Source: the human T2T-CHM13v2.0 reference genome, Homo sapiens. From it: 64,000 nucleotides of DNA. Below the pieces are notes generated by a model. The model had not been told where the DNA came from, searched no databases, and was given only the letters and a program-made list of their open reading frames with translations. Below are positions 17,105-32,589 of the stretch, piece by piece (the first letter of the stretch is position 1; each line of letters opens with the position of its first letter). Location of the stretch: the NCBI RefSeq assembly GCF_009914755.1, contig NC_060927.1; one strand, written 5' to 3'. The translations under genes were made by a program, and so were the position numbers.

Positions 17105-17783
17105 GTAAGCCAGTTTTATCATTGATGTTTTCAAGAGTATCATAATATTGACATCTTCTCTGCTTGTCCTTTTTGTGGTTATTGTCCAACATTTTATCAG
17201 GAAGTATTTCAGACAGAGAGAAAAGTTGAAAGGTACTCATCCTGTTTGGAATTTTGGGAATGCTCTTGAAGAATATTACCAGATCAGTTCTTTCAGGTTT
17301 GTTTGTTTGTTTGTTTTTTGGAGACAGAGTTGTGCTCTGTTGCCCAGGCTGGAGTGCAGTGGGATGATCTCAGCTCACTGCAACCTCCACCTCCTGGCTT
17401 CAATCAATTTTCCTGCTTCAGCCTCCAAGTAGCTGAGATTTTACAGGTGTATGCCACCACGCCCGGCTAATTTTTTTTGTATTTTTAGTACAGATGGGGT
17501 TTCACCATGTTGGCCAGGCTGGTCTCCAACTCCTGGCCTCAAGTGATCTTCCCATCTTGCCTCTCTAAGTGCTGGGATTACAGGCATGAGCCATCATACC
17601 CGGCCCTTTTAGGTTTCTGATAGCATCTTTCTCCACCCACATTCCCAAAGTCAGTGATTCTGTCTTCAAGCAAGAATTGTACATTTTTATGGGAACTCCT
17701 TTGGTATCTTCTTGATCATTGGTTGTTTTTGTTTGTTTGTTGGTTGGTTGGTTTTTTGGGTTTTTGTTTGGTTTTTTTTTTGA

Positions 17784-17921
<138 letters not shown>

Positions 17922-17924
17922 TAG

Positions 17925-18092
<168 letters not shown>

Positions 18093-18375
18093 TGACAGGT
18101 GCAGCGATGTCACTGAAAAATGAACAAGAAAGACCAGAACCATTGAGATGGCATGTTTAGGACAGAATGCTTTTAGAGTTGTTCTAGAAGTGTTCATTAG
18201 TAAAGAAGTGACAGAAAGAAAAAGAAGTTTCCAAAATATGTCATTCTTGTACCACTGTTATTATTCTTGTCCTATCTGGATACCACCTGTCCTTTTATTT
18301 TGTATTTCCTTTAGAGTGAGCCATCTTTTTAAAAAAATCCTTAAATCAAGTATTTAAAAAGTGATATGAATATCA

Positions 18376-18765
<390 letters not shown>

Positions 18766-19739
18766 TTATTAAATTGTATCTCCTTTTACTTTGTTACAAA
18801 GCATGAGCAGCGTGAAAGATGTAGCAGCCCTGAGCTGAGCCTTTCTCCTTGTTGGAATCAGAAGGTTAACAGTCAAAAAGAAAGTGACTTTCTCATGATG
18901 TGCTTCATTGCCTTTTCATGCCACTGTCCAATTATCAAATGAAATTGCCCTTCCCACCCCCATGGTGTACATCCCCTGATGAAGGGAGCATCGAAATAGA
19001 CCTGGTTCCTCTCTGTGCTATAGGTAAGCCCATTGAGATCTAACTGGGACTTCAGGAAGTCGGAACTCACTTCTGTACGTAGAAGAGTCCAGAGAGGGTG
19101 TTATGCCCTTTATCTGCCCTCCTTTCTGGCTCCTTTTTGCTTCACTTGAGTGTGGAATTTTCCGCCTGCCAGCCAAGCTCTAATCCTTGAAACTAATTGA
19201 ATGGAAGGGAGCTTTTCATCTTTTGCTCTTGCTCTCTGGGGGCGGGAGTGGGGAGTTGTGACCCCCTCCCAAGTCACCCGGGACCCACCTTCTGCACTGA
19301 GAAAGCGAGACTCACTCTGAAGCTGAAATGCTGTTGCCCTTGCAGTGCTGGTAGCAGGAGTTCTGTGCTTTGTGGGCTAAGGCTCCTGGATGACCCCTGA
19401 CATGGAGAAGGCAGAGTTGCGTGCCCCTTCTCATGGCCTCGTCAAGGCATCATGGACTGCCACACACAAAACGCCGTTTTTATTAACGACATGAAATTGA
19501 AGGAGAGAACACAATTCACTGATGTGGCTCGTAACCATGGATATGGTCACATACAGAGGTGTGATTATGTAAAGGTTAATTCCACCCACCTCATGTGGAA
19601 ACTAGCCTCAATGCTGCATAGTCCCCCAACAGTTCCCTGGGCTGTCGAGGAGAAGGCTTTCAGAGTAAGGGTGTTAGGGTAATTTTGATGTTTCATTTGT
19701 AATGAGAAAAATAAGTTGATAGCAAATAATTTGCTTTTT

Positions 19740-20540
<801 letters not shown>

Positions 20541-21559
20541 GCAAATAATTCACTTTTATTAACAAATAATACCACAAAAAAACCAGAGAAGCCCCACAGT
20601 GCAGAGCATTCAGAGCCTCTTTAATTGGCAGTATGGATGCATGGGGTCTTAAAGCCTGCCCATGCCTGTCACCCAGCTCAGTGCCGTGGCTGAAAGACAA
20701 ACACAATGCTCTTTATTTTGTGAACTCAGGCACACAGGCCAAGAAGAAAACCCAGCTGGTTTGGGAAGATGAAAATCCTAGAAAACCTTTCAGATCATGC
20801 CAGGTGGCATTGTGACACGGGGGATTATGATTTTAGTAATAAAACCCATGATGCCATTGCAGAGAGCTGTCAGCAATCCTGTGAGGCACTTCCTCCGCAT
20901 CACTGAAATGCACAGACTGCTTCCTCCAAATAGCCTCACCACAAGTGACATTTACACAGTGGTTGTCATAGAATGAGCAGCATCACCATGAGTCACTTAT
21001 ATCCCTTAACCACAGCGACTCCTCCAAAGGCCTTCATTTGCTCGGCTGCCAGTGATGACCACCAGTGGGTTCACCTCGCAGACCTAGGTGGGTCAGGTTA
21101 ATTTTCAGGATTGCTACACAAACAGGATCAGCAGGCAGTAGAGGTAGCTTGGCACCCAGTCCCCGTTCCCCGCTGCCCTGCCATATGAGCATAAGGGTTT
21201 GGTGAAGTCATCACATCGTGCAAGCTCCTGGAGTTCCCTCTGGGATTGTCTCAGCTCCTCAGGGAACAAGAACAGGTGTCCCCAGTAGGCCACAGCAAGT
21301 CTTCAGAGCAGCTCTCTCTGGGTCTAAGTGTCCCTGGAGCATGGCCAGCACACTTCCACAACACCGTGGACTATGGCTGCTCCTGCAGGAGGTACCAAAT
21401 GCTTCAACATGAGTCAACAGAGAGCCACACCGGGGATGCTGTGGCCACTGCGGATGACATCAGGTCTGATTTTCATTGTGTAATGAAAATATCAGGACTG
21501 TTCACAAGATGAGAAAGACTGAGATTTTCTAAGATTTTTGTTTTCCCAAAGAAACTCAG

Positions 21560-22745
21560 TTGTGAAATCAAGGTAAGAAATAATAGTGAACAGTTCACTT
21601 ATATAAATATAAGAAAGAAAAGGGGATAAGAATTGGAAAAGAAGAAATAATAATAATCTGACATTGTTTGCAGATGACACAATTGTGTACATAGAAAGTC
21701 CAAAAAAAATCTATAAATAATTTGTTGGAATTAATAAGTGAATTTGGAGCTGGGTGCTGCAGCTCATGCTTGTAATTTCAGCACTTTGGGAGGCAGAGGT
21801 GGGCGATTGCTTGAGCCCAGGAGTTTAAGACCAGCCTAGGCTGCTCACTGCAACCTCTACCTCCCAGGCTCAAGTGATCCTCCCACCTCAGCTTCTAGAG
21901 TAACTGGGGCTACAGGTGTGTGCCACCTTGCCACCTAATTTTTGCGGTTTTTGTAGAGACAGGCTCAAACTCCTGGGCTCAAGCGATCCACCCACCTTGC
22001 CCTCCCAAAGCTCTGGGATTACAGTTGTGAGCCACCATGCCCGGCCTGGTTCTTTCTTTTTATTGTGGTAAAATATACATAACTTTAAAAAATGGAAAAT
22101 AAGTGTTGGTGAGGATGTGGAGAGATTGGAACCCCCTATGCACTGCTGTTGGGAATGTAAAATAGTATAGTTGCTATGCACAAATTTGTCGGCTCCCCAG
22201 AAAGTTATACATTTAACGTAACATCCAGCAATTCTACTTATGAGTGTAAATCCCAAAGAATTGCAAGCAGGGTCTCAATGTGTGCACCAATGTCCATAGC
22301 AGCATTCTTTGCAATAGCGAAAAGATAGAAATAACCTAAATGTCCAACAGACAAATGGATAAACAAAATGTGGTATATACACAATAGAATATTATTCAGC
22401 CTTAAAAAGGAATGACACTCTGATTCATGCTATTAACACAACATGGATGAACCTTGAGAACAACTGTGCTAAGTGAAACTAACCAGACACAAAAGGACAA
22501 ATTTTGTATGATTCCACTTTTACCCAGAATAGACAAACTCATAGAGAAAGTAGAATAGAGGTTGCTAGGGGACTGGGGGAAATGAGGAGTTAATGTTTAA
22601 TGGGTACAGAGTTTCTATTTAGGATGACAAAAAGTTCTAGAAATGGATAGTGGTGGTAGTTTTACAATGTTGTGTAATGTCATTGATCGTACACTTGTTA
22701 AAATGGTAAATGTTTATGTTATGTCTGTTTTACCACAGTATAAAA
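21560..22745 (+). mobile_element. Old L1M fragments (RT LFADD-coding piece and 3' end) separated by fused inverted Alus
   Basis: ttgtttgcagatgac at ~21664; L1M 3'UTR 22090-22745. Confidence 0.75.
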
Positions 22746-23185
22746 AAATCTGTAAGTACTTTTCTTCAGAAGTTCCCGTTAACTAGACAGAGACATAGGA
22801 TGAGGACTCTGGGCTCCAGGAGACTTTATTAAAGAGGAACCCCGAGGAGGTCCTCTTTGGGGCTTTTCTATTTAGGTCAATAGAGCCTTCAATGACTTCT
22901 GTCCCTGAAACAGGAGCAGTTTGGCTCTTGTACTGAGATTGTAAAAGATCTTGCTCCTGAGACATTCATTCATCCCACCTTAATTCTTCTCTTTGTTTCT
23001 GTTCTGTAAGGTTCTGCTTTTGTGAATTAGAGGTAATCTATTCTCTATTATCTATTATCATTAAACCAAAGAAGATTTTTTCCATCTGGGCCATGGGTCT
23101 TTCAGAATTTTTCAGCTGGCCTGGTATCTTAGAGTCATCTTCCTACTCTTTCGTTGAGGGGATCATTTGAAAATATTAGTTCTCT

Positions 23186-23816
<631 letters not shown>

Positions 23817-24786
23817 TTAGTTTTCCAGTTTCTTGTTTCTGGAGCCTAGGTAAACTTGTCCAGTGGATGTACCAATTAAATGAAAAATATCGAGTAGTAC
23901 CAAAGAGCTCTGTCTGATAATGAAGAAGCCCTTAATTCCTGAATCCGGCAGTCTGGCCGCCTTCCAACCCTGTGTCTCTTCATTCTGGTTCAAGTCATAC
24001 TTGGCTCTCCCCGAGGCCCTTGCCTCTGCTGTCTCTACCTCCTGGCACACCTTCTCCAGCTTCCAGCTGATGTATGTTGAGTATCCAGTAGTCTGCTGAA
24101 GTTTCACCTTTTCCACCAGGTCCTTCCAGCTCTTCCATGATCTCACACTGTACTTTGTATGAGAGTTATAGAGAATTTGATGATTATAAAAACGTAACCC
24201 ATTCGAGCCCCACTCCCAGTACCAAAAATAAAAAATAATAAATAATTTAAAAATAAAAAGGTAACACAAAGAAAATGTAAATTACCCATAACCCCTGGAA
24301 TAATTAATTTTCTTCAATGCTTCTTTTGCTCTTCCCACCTCTCTCCCCCACCACTTCATCTGTGTATACTTAACAGTTTTTTTTAACAGAATTGGAATCA
24401 ATAGTATTTAAAAAAATTGGGTCCTGTTTTTTCACTTGACATCATGTCATAAATATTTTTCCATGTTATTGAATATTCTTTGAAAACTCCATTTTAAATA
24501 ATAGCAAAATAAGACATCACCTAGCTATATGGTAGTTTATCTAATATATTTCCTATTCATGGACACTAAAGTTAGTATTGATTTTTTCTAATTTAAACAA
24601 CACATAACGCTGGCTGGAACACTTTAAAAATATTCTTTTTCAAAGTTTCTACTTATTTCCTTGAGACAGATTATTCTTGGAATTATACTTACTAGGTCAA
24701 CAAGGGGCATGAGGTTTCAAAGATTCTTGATATTTTATGCCAGATTGCTTTCTTAGAAAGCCTGAACTTTATAACTGGTTATATAA

Positions 24787-24790
<4 letters not shown>

Positions 24791-24850
<60 letters not shown>
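24791..24850. repeat. Perfect (AC)30 microsatellite
   Basis: Read directly from sequence. Confidence 0.97.
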
Positions 24851-24854
<4 letters not shown>

Positions 24855-25159
24855 GCCAGGTGCAGTGGCTCAGTGGCAGGATCACTTGAGTTCGAGACCA
24901 GCCCGGGCAATACAGGGAGACCCAGTCTCTACCTAAAAAATAAAAAAATTAGCCAGGCATGGTATATGCACCTGTAATTTCAGCTATTCAGGAGGCTGAG
25001 GTGGGAGGGTCAGTTGGGCTTAGGAGGACAGGGCTGCAGTGAACCGTGATTGTGTCACTGCACTCCAGCCTGGGTGACAGAGTAAGACCCCATCTCAACA
25101 AAAAACCCCACCACTTTTCTAATTTAGAAGCTCATAAAGGGTGTTCATATTTTTTCTTT

Positions 25160-25625
25160 ATTAATTTTTTATTTAAAAATTTGGGGGGTACATAGTAGGT
25201 ATATATGGGGTACACAAGATGTTTTGATACAGGTATGCCATGTGAAATAAGCACATCATGGAGAATGGGGTATCCATCCCCTCAAGCATTTATCCTTTGA
25301 GTTACAAACAATCCAGTTACACTCTTCAAGTTATTTAAAAATTTACAACTATTATTGACTATAGTCACCGTATTGTGCTATCAATAGTAGGTCTTATTCA
25401 TTCTTTCTATTTTTTTTGTACCCATTAACCATCCCCACTTCTCCCCTACCCCCAGCTACTCATCTCAGCCTCTGGTAACCATCCTTCTACTATCTATGCC
25501 CATGAGTTGCATTGTTTTGATTTTTAGATCCCATAAATAAGTGAGAGCATGTGATGTTTGTCTTTCTGTGTCTGGCTTACTTCACTTAACATAATGATCT
25601 CCAGTTCCATCCATGTTGGTGCACT
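25160..25625 (-). mobile_element. L1MA-type 3' end fragment
   Basis: Typical L1MA 3'UTR text (gggtacatagtaggtatatatggggtac... tccagttccatccatgtt). Confidence 0.8.
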
Positions 25626-26034
25626 ATTCATATTTTTAATTACTAGTGAACTTGAACATGTTTTTTATGTTTGTTAGTCATTAATATCTTTTCTACTCTA
25701 AGGTACCTTTTCATTTATTTTGCCTAGTGTTGAATTAGGGTTTTAGCATGGTTGAGATCAATTTGTAAGCTTTTTATTTATTAAGGATATCATTCTGCAG
25801 CTGTCATATTCATTGCAAATATTTCCCCTAATTTTTCCTTTTAATTTTTGGCAAATGATGTATTTGGAAGGACAAAATCATCTTTACATAATACTAATAA
25901 CTATCATGTACTGAATACTTACCATTTGCTGGGCATTGAACAAAACTTTGTACATGGATTACCTCATCATTTAATCTTTGCCATATTCTTAGTGGAATGC
26001 AGCATTTCCTCATATTATAAGATTATATAGTTAG

Positions 26035-26392
26035 TGTCTTATTCCATTTTGTGTTGCTACAGCAGAATGCCACAGACTAGATAATTTATAAAGAAAAGAA
26101 ATTTGTTTGGCTTATTGTTCTGGAGGTTGGGAAGCCCAAGAGAATGGCACCAATATCTGGCAAGGGCCTTCCTGCTGTGTCATCCCGTGGTGGAAGGTAG
26201 AAGGACAAGAGACTATAAGAGTGAGCCAGAAGCAAGAGGGGACCAGACTCACTTTTATCAGGAATCTACTCCCTCAATAATAGCATTAATCTATTTATGA
26301 AGGCAAAACTGTCAGGGCCTAATTACCTCTTAACAGTCCCACTTCACAATGGCAATTAAATTTCAACATGAGTTTTGGAGGGGACATTCAAA
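26035..26392. mobile_element. MaLR solo LTR (MST-like)
   Basis: tgtcttattccattttgtgttgct... taatttataaagaaaaga... ttttggaggggacattcaaa. Confidence 0.8.
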
Positions 26393-27594
26393 GTCAGTAA
26401 GTGAATGAGCTGGGATGTGAATGGATGAACAAAGTCGTGTTATGATTTAGAATTTTGAAATACGCTTGCCTTGCTGTAAGAAGAGCTTTTAAGCTAGCCA
26501 ATGCTATTATGTTCTTTACGTTTTGAGTAGGCAATGCAGTCATTAAAAAAGTTTCAAAAGAAACCAACCAGGTGCGGTTTAACCAGCTGGACGTCTGTAA
26601 CCCAAGCACTTTGGGAGGCCAACGTGGATGGATCACTTGAGGCCAGGAGTTTGAGACTGGCCTGGCCAACATGGCGAAACCCTGTCTCTACTAAAAATAC
26701 AAAAATTAGGCAGGCATGGTGGTGTGCACCTGTAACCCTAGATACAGGCTGAGGCACAAGAATTGCTTGAACCCGGGAGGTGGAGGTTGCAGTGAGCGGA
26801 AATTGCCCCAGCGTGGGTGACAGAGCGAGACTGTATCTAAAAAAAAAAAAAACCTGACCAAACAAACAACAAAAAAAAAAACCTTATGTATGCTCTCACA
26901 TTTTTTGTATGCGGATAAAAGTAAATGAATATATATCTTCTCTCCCTCTCTGCTTATTTTACACAAAGAGTTAAGACCAGTCAGTTTAGGTTATTTGCTT
27001 TTGCAAGACTTGGCTACTTCTTTAGTGTGAAGTATCTTACAAAGTGCACCTCTGATTGAATTAATTATCTCTCATCTTGGAGGGATTCACCATGCAGAGA
27101 GTTCAATTTGTTTAGATGGTAATTTCATATTGAAATTGATTTTGGGCCAAAGTCCAGCACTGCCAAGTCTTATGTAACCAGCAGAAGCTGAGCTTTCAAC
27201 CAGCTGCCATATGTTATGAGGAACAAAGCCAGAGGACCAGTGCAGATGGTTCTCAAGAAATAAGTTATCACTCTCAAAGTCTCTAGAAAGACATATTATC
27301 AAAAGGTTATCATGTGTGGCATACTTCTTAAGAAAACACCGCATTTCCCTTCCTAGAGTGATTAGTAAAATATATACCAAAATAGTTCATTTAAGGTGTT
27401 CTCTGGAATGGTTTGGCTTTGTGTTCCTTGAGGGTAAAGCTCAGGAGGACTCTAGAGACTGATGGAGGACAAGGGCTGGAGAAGTGTTTGTGTTATCACT
27501 AAGGAAGACTTATAGAGAGGACCTGTGCCCATCTTGAAGCCACTCATCTAGAGCTTACTGATTTCGTTTTGTCTTTATTTCTCACCCCTTCCAG

Positions 27595-27751
27595 GTACTG
27601 GCGGAGGACATTGGGCATGCAAGTCCGCTATGTTCACCATGAAGACTATCAGTTCTGTTATTCCTTCCGGGGCAGGCCTGGGCACAAACCCTCCATCCTC
27701 ATGCTCCACGGATTCTCTGCCCACAAGGATATGTGGCTCAGTGTGGTCAAG
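27595..27751 (+). CDS. ABHD6: ABHD6 coding exon 2: [10 protein letters not shown]...[17 protein letters not shown] (HGF oxyanion motif)
   Basis: ttccag acceptor, AAG|gtgcaa donor, 157 nt, phase matches exon 1 (cumulative 92 codons). Confidence 0.97.
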
Positions 27752-29726
27752 GTGCAATTCTCGATTCTTCTCTCTTATAAGAAAAGGGAGTTGGGTGCTG
27801 TGGCTCATGCCTATAATCCCAGCACTTTGGGAGCCTGAGGCAGGAGGATTGCTTGAGTCCAGGAGTTCAAAACCAGCCTGGACAACATAAAGAAACCCTG
27901 TCTCTACAAAAAATTAAAAAATTAGCCAGGTGTGGTGGTGCATGCCTGTAGTCCTGGCTACTCAGGAGACTGAGGTGGGAAGATTGCTTGAGCCTGGGGG
28001 GTCAAGTCTTCAGTGAGCAATGATCATGCCACTGCACTTAGCCTGGGCAACAGAATAAGACTCTGTCTCAAAAAAAATAAAAATAAAAAAAGGAAGAAGA
28101 AGAAAAGGGTTTCCACTAGGACATGATGTCATCAACAATGGTAGAAAGCAAAGGGAACTCAGAACTGTGGTGGTTCAAGTCATATTAGAACTAATGCAGT
28201 GTGGCCTGGCACAGTGGCTCATACCTGTAATCCCAGCACTTTGGGGAGGCCAAGGCAGGCAGATCACTTGAGCCCAGGAGTTTGAGACCAGCCTGGGCAA
28301 CATAGGGAGACTCCGTCTCTACAAAAAAATTAGCCAGGCATGGTGGCATGCACCTGTAGTCCCAGCTACTTTGGAGGCTGAGATGGGAGAATCACCTGAG
28401 CCTGGGAAGTCAAGGCTGCAGTGAACCAAGATCGTGCTATACCACACTCCAGCCTGAGCAACAGGAGTGAGACCCTGTCTCAAAACAAACAAACAAACTA
28501 ATGCAATATGTTACTCATTCTTTTGTCAGAAAAAAATTATTGAGTTGAATATTATATATAAAACGTATGGCTTAGAAATCTTTTTACCTCATGGATATTT
28601 CTTTGGGGAGGCTTCTGACACAGCTGCATCTCAGAACTGCTGTGAGATCAGAGTTGGGCTTTGAAAAGTCATTTTTTTTGTACTCCCAAGTTTCTTCTCT
28701 TCCTTCCCCTCCATATTCTTCCTTCATTCCTTCTTTTCCTTTCCTTCCCACTCCCTCTTCTACGTCTGCTTTTTTCTTTTCCTTTGCCATTTAGAGAAAC
28801 AGTCTTGATCTAGCAGCTTTCTGGAAGAGTTTTCCAAGTCACTTTTTGTCTTGGTTTACTTGGGTGTGGCAACTTGCTGCTCTTGGTAAGAGTGATCAGG
28901 TGTGAAGGTTGGGGCTGGCAGAAGTCTTGGGCAGGAAGCATCCCTGGCTCCCACATCAGGCAACACCATACCTGAGGGATCCCAAGTATCATCTACACCA
29001 GTAGGTGAAGACTCACACACCCTCTAGTTAGTTGTATTCTTATTTCCAAATTCCACTATGAGGACAGTCATTTTCATGCCTTGATGAACTTCCTGTCCCC
29101 TCCTCAGATAAATATCTTTCTTATAACTGGATGTTTGTTTGTTGGTAACTTATGTTTCTCAGTTTCCTGGTTAAAAGTGGTACATATCTAAATGGAAGAA
29201 GGTGTTTTAGGATAATAATAATTTGGAAAAGTAGACCTTAATGTAAAAAGAAACCAAACAAACCAGAATCGGGGTGATCAGATGTGGTTCTTGGGGAAAA
29301 CATTGCTCCTGTTGGCTCTGGAGCTGGCTAGGATATGAGAGAACAGAACCATCCCTTCCAGATCCAAGTCAGCAGCTGCATGGCTGGAGTAAGTGTGGAA
29401 GGGGTGAGGGAAAGGAGGAGGCAGTACATGTCAACTAGTGTGAAGAAAAAGCAAGAGACTTAAGCCTGCTGCCCCGACTTTGTCCCCTTTTTACAGGCAT
29501 CTCCTGAGCCTGCTTCCATCTATGTATTAGCCTTTGTGGGCCTCTGCTCCCGATGAGGCTACTGGCAATGCTTATTCAATTACTGGGGTAAAACACTGAG
29601 TGGCCAAGACCCATACATCCCCAGGGATGGCTGTCTGGGTCACTGTACATGGGGCAACCTCCCAAGAAAATGGGCAGACATGTTTTGCACACCACATACT
29701 GACTCTCTGGGTCTGTGTGTCCTCAG

Positions 29727-29840
29727 TTCCTTCCAAAGAACCTGCACTTGGTCTGCGTGGACATGCCAGGACATGAGGGCACCACCCGCTCCTCCCTGGA
29801 TGACCTGTCCATAGATGGGCAAGTTAAGAGGATACACCAG
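29727..29840 (+). CDS. ABHD6: ABHD6 coding exon 3: FLPKNLHLVCVDMPGHEG...KRIHQ
   Basis: cctcag acceptor, CAG|gtaagc donor, 114 nt, alpha/beta-hydrolase DxPGHxG motif. Confidence 0.97.
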
Positions 29841-30524
29841 GTAAGCAGGAGGCTCTACCAAAGATTGCCCAGACTGTCTCAGCCACCATTACATGTCTGA
29901 GTCTGGAGAGCAGGGAAGGGAGTCCTGTGCTACCTCATGACCAGTCTCCTGTACATTCTGTCTACAAGTGATGGCAAGCCAAATGGCAACCTGATGATAT
30001 CTCTGGTTGGCAATGGAGGGCCAGGGCTTATTACAGACTTAAGCCTATTGCAGTTGTTTGTAACGAAATACAATCTGAGCATTTTCTCAACTCTTTGAAA
30101 AGGGGTTTAGAATTTCTTAAAACCAATTCCCTTCCTAGGGATCTCTCTTTCTGCTCACCAGTTATATGATAACAGTAATAGCCCCTCTGCCTAGCTGGGG
30201 AGGGTGTTCTTCACATTATAACGTACTTTAGCATCTATTGCTAGCACCTATTTTAGAATCTATCTCTAGCCTTCTCTGGCTAAGCTTTCAAGATCATAGG
30301 AGTTTAAGAGCCATTTCAGAATGGGGTAGCCTGTAAGTTTCAGGTTGACCTTAAATATTTTCCCCCAAATGAGGATATTTAATATCTGCCTCCTCCATTA
30401 AACTGTTTTTTAAATTCGGTCAGGAACCTTGTCTTTTTAGCTCTTTGCTGTGTTTTCAGCATCTAATCATAGTTTCCTGTACATAATAGATATCCAATGA
30501 ATATTTTTTAGAATGCTGGATAGT

Positions 30525-30635
30525 TGGGTGGATGGCTGATTGGATGATTGGATGGATAGATGGATGGATGGTTGGATGGATGGATGGTTGAATAGACAAA
30601 TGGATGGGTAGTTATATGAATGGATGGTCAGATGG
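30525..30635. repeat. Degenerate (GGAT)n
   Basis: Read directly from sequence. Confidence 0.85.
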
Positions 30636-31337
30636 ACGAGAAGAGCTTTAAATTAGCACAGGAGCCCTCAAACTACAGCCCATGAGCTATGTTTAGCTTG
30701 TACCTATTTTTGTAAACTAAATTTTACTGGAAAACAGCCACACTCACTCATTTATTTAATACATATTACCTTTGACTGCTTTTGTCTGCAACAGCAGAGT
30801 TGAATAGTTGCAACAGATCATATGGCTCTCAAAGCAGAAAATGTTTACTCTCTGGACCTTTATAGAAAACTTCATCAGCCTGGACAATATGGTGAAACCT
30901 CATCTCTACAAAAAAAAAAAAAAAAAAAAATCAGCCAGATGTGGTGGTGCATGCCTGTAGTTCTAGCTACTCGGGAGGCTGAGATGGGAGGATCACCTGA
31001 GCCCCAGAGGTTAGCCATGATCACGCCACTGCACTGCAGCCTGGGTGACAGAGTGAGACCCTGTCTCAGAAAAAAAGAAAAGTTTGCTGACTCATTAATT
31101 AGCAGAATCCCTGTTGATTTTATATTTATAAATGACCTCTCAATCTCTTGTGCCAGACAGAGAAGTCCATGCATGCCACAGGGCTCATCTTATAATGGAT
31201 CCAGTAGAGTTTCAGACTCTTTAAACAGTAGTCATTTTCAGTTGTCCATAGGAAGTCCAGGGGGCTTCTATGCTGTAGTCACCATTGCCATTGTCTACAG
31301 CTGTATAACCAAGCTGCTTTCTCATTTCCCTTCCTAG

Positions 31338-31470
31338 TTTGTAGAATGCCTGAAGCTGAACAAAAAACCTTTCCACCTGGTAGGCACCTCCATGGGTGGC
31401 CAGGTGGCTGGGGTGTATGCTGCTTACTACCCATCGGATGTCTCCAGCCTGTGTCTCGTGTGTCCTGCTG
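31338..31470 (+). CDS. ABHD6: ABHD6 coding exon 4 with nucleophile elbow G-T-S-M-G (Ser148 codon 31389-31391)
   Basis: ttcctag acceptor, CTG|gtaagt donor, 133 nt, GxSxG motif. Confidence 0.97.
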
Positions 31471-32199
31471 GTAAGTTATGAAGCTGAAACATCCCTCGGC
31501 AGGGATGAATCCCTGAAGAAACAAGTAGCTAGTGTCTGCTATGACCGTTTTTTGGAATCATCTTTTTGATGTATGCTTGAGAGATATGCAGTGTTTTACT
31601 GATAACTCTAACCAACCAATAGTTATATAATCATAATCATAACCAGACTGATTTTGAAAATATAGAGCCAGCCTTGTTACACCAAGAATTTGAGGTGGGG
31701 CCAGGCACAGTGGCTCATGCCTGTAAACATTTAAAATTTAAAAAAAAAAAAAAGGAATGTTTGAGGTGGTTGATTAAAATGTATATAGTGCTTTGCAGCA
31801 CATACTTTGAAATATAATGTTACTATTAACATCCAACATTTATCGGGCTCTTACGAGCTAAGCTCTTTATATGAATTTAATTCTTGCAGTAGCCCTGTGA
31901 GGTAAAGGTACTATAATTATGCCCCTCTCCTTTTTTGGTAAAAACTGAGAGATCTTTATTTATTATAATAAGATCTTAAAAAAAATCCAGCTTTAGTTTC
32001 TCTACTGTTATATGTACATATGTCAACGTGAAGTGTAACATGTTCTCCGATATTACCGTTTGAAGTTGGATTTTTAAATTTGTTTTTCTTCTATAAGTCT
32101 TTAGAGTTGTATTTATAATATATAATAGATAAAAATCATATTTTTTCTCTCCTCTATCTCCCCCTCTCTCTGTTTTTTTTTTTTTTTTTTTTTTTTTGA

Positions 32200-32589
<390 letters not shown>

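Noticed and set aside
19230-19620. Possible processed pseudogene or RNA gene (minus-strand AATAAA near 19480, some CpGs)
   Set aside because: No poly(A) tail, TSD, snoRNA boxes or recognisable ORF; a BLAST search would be needed
28690-28785. Polypyrimidine tract (H-DNA candidate); also the C-rich tract at 53480-53720
   Set aside because: Low-complexity sequence without a clear mirror repeat or linked exon
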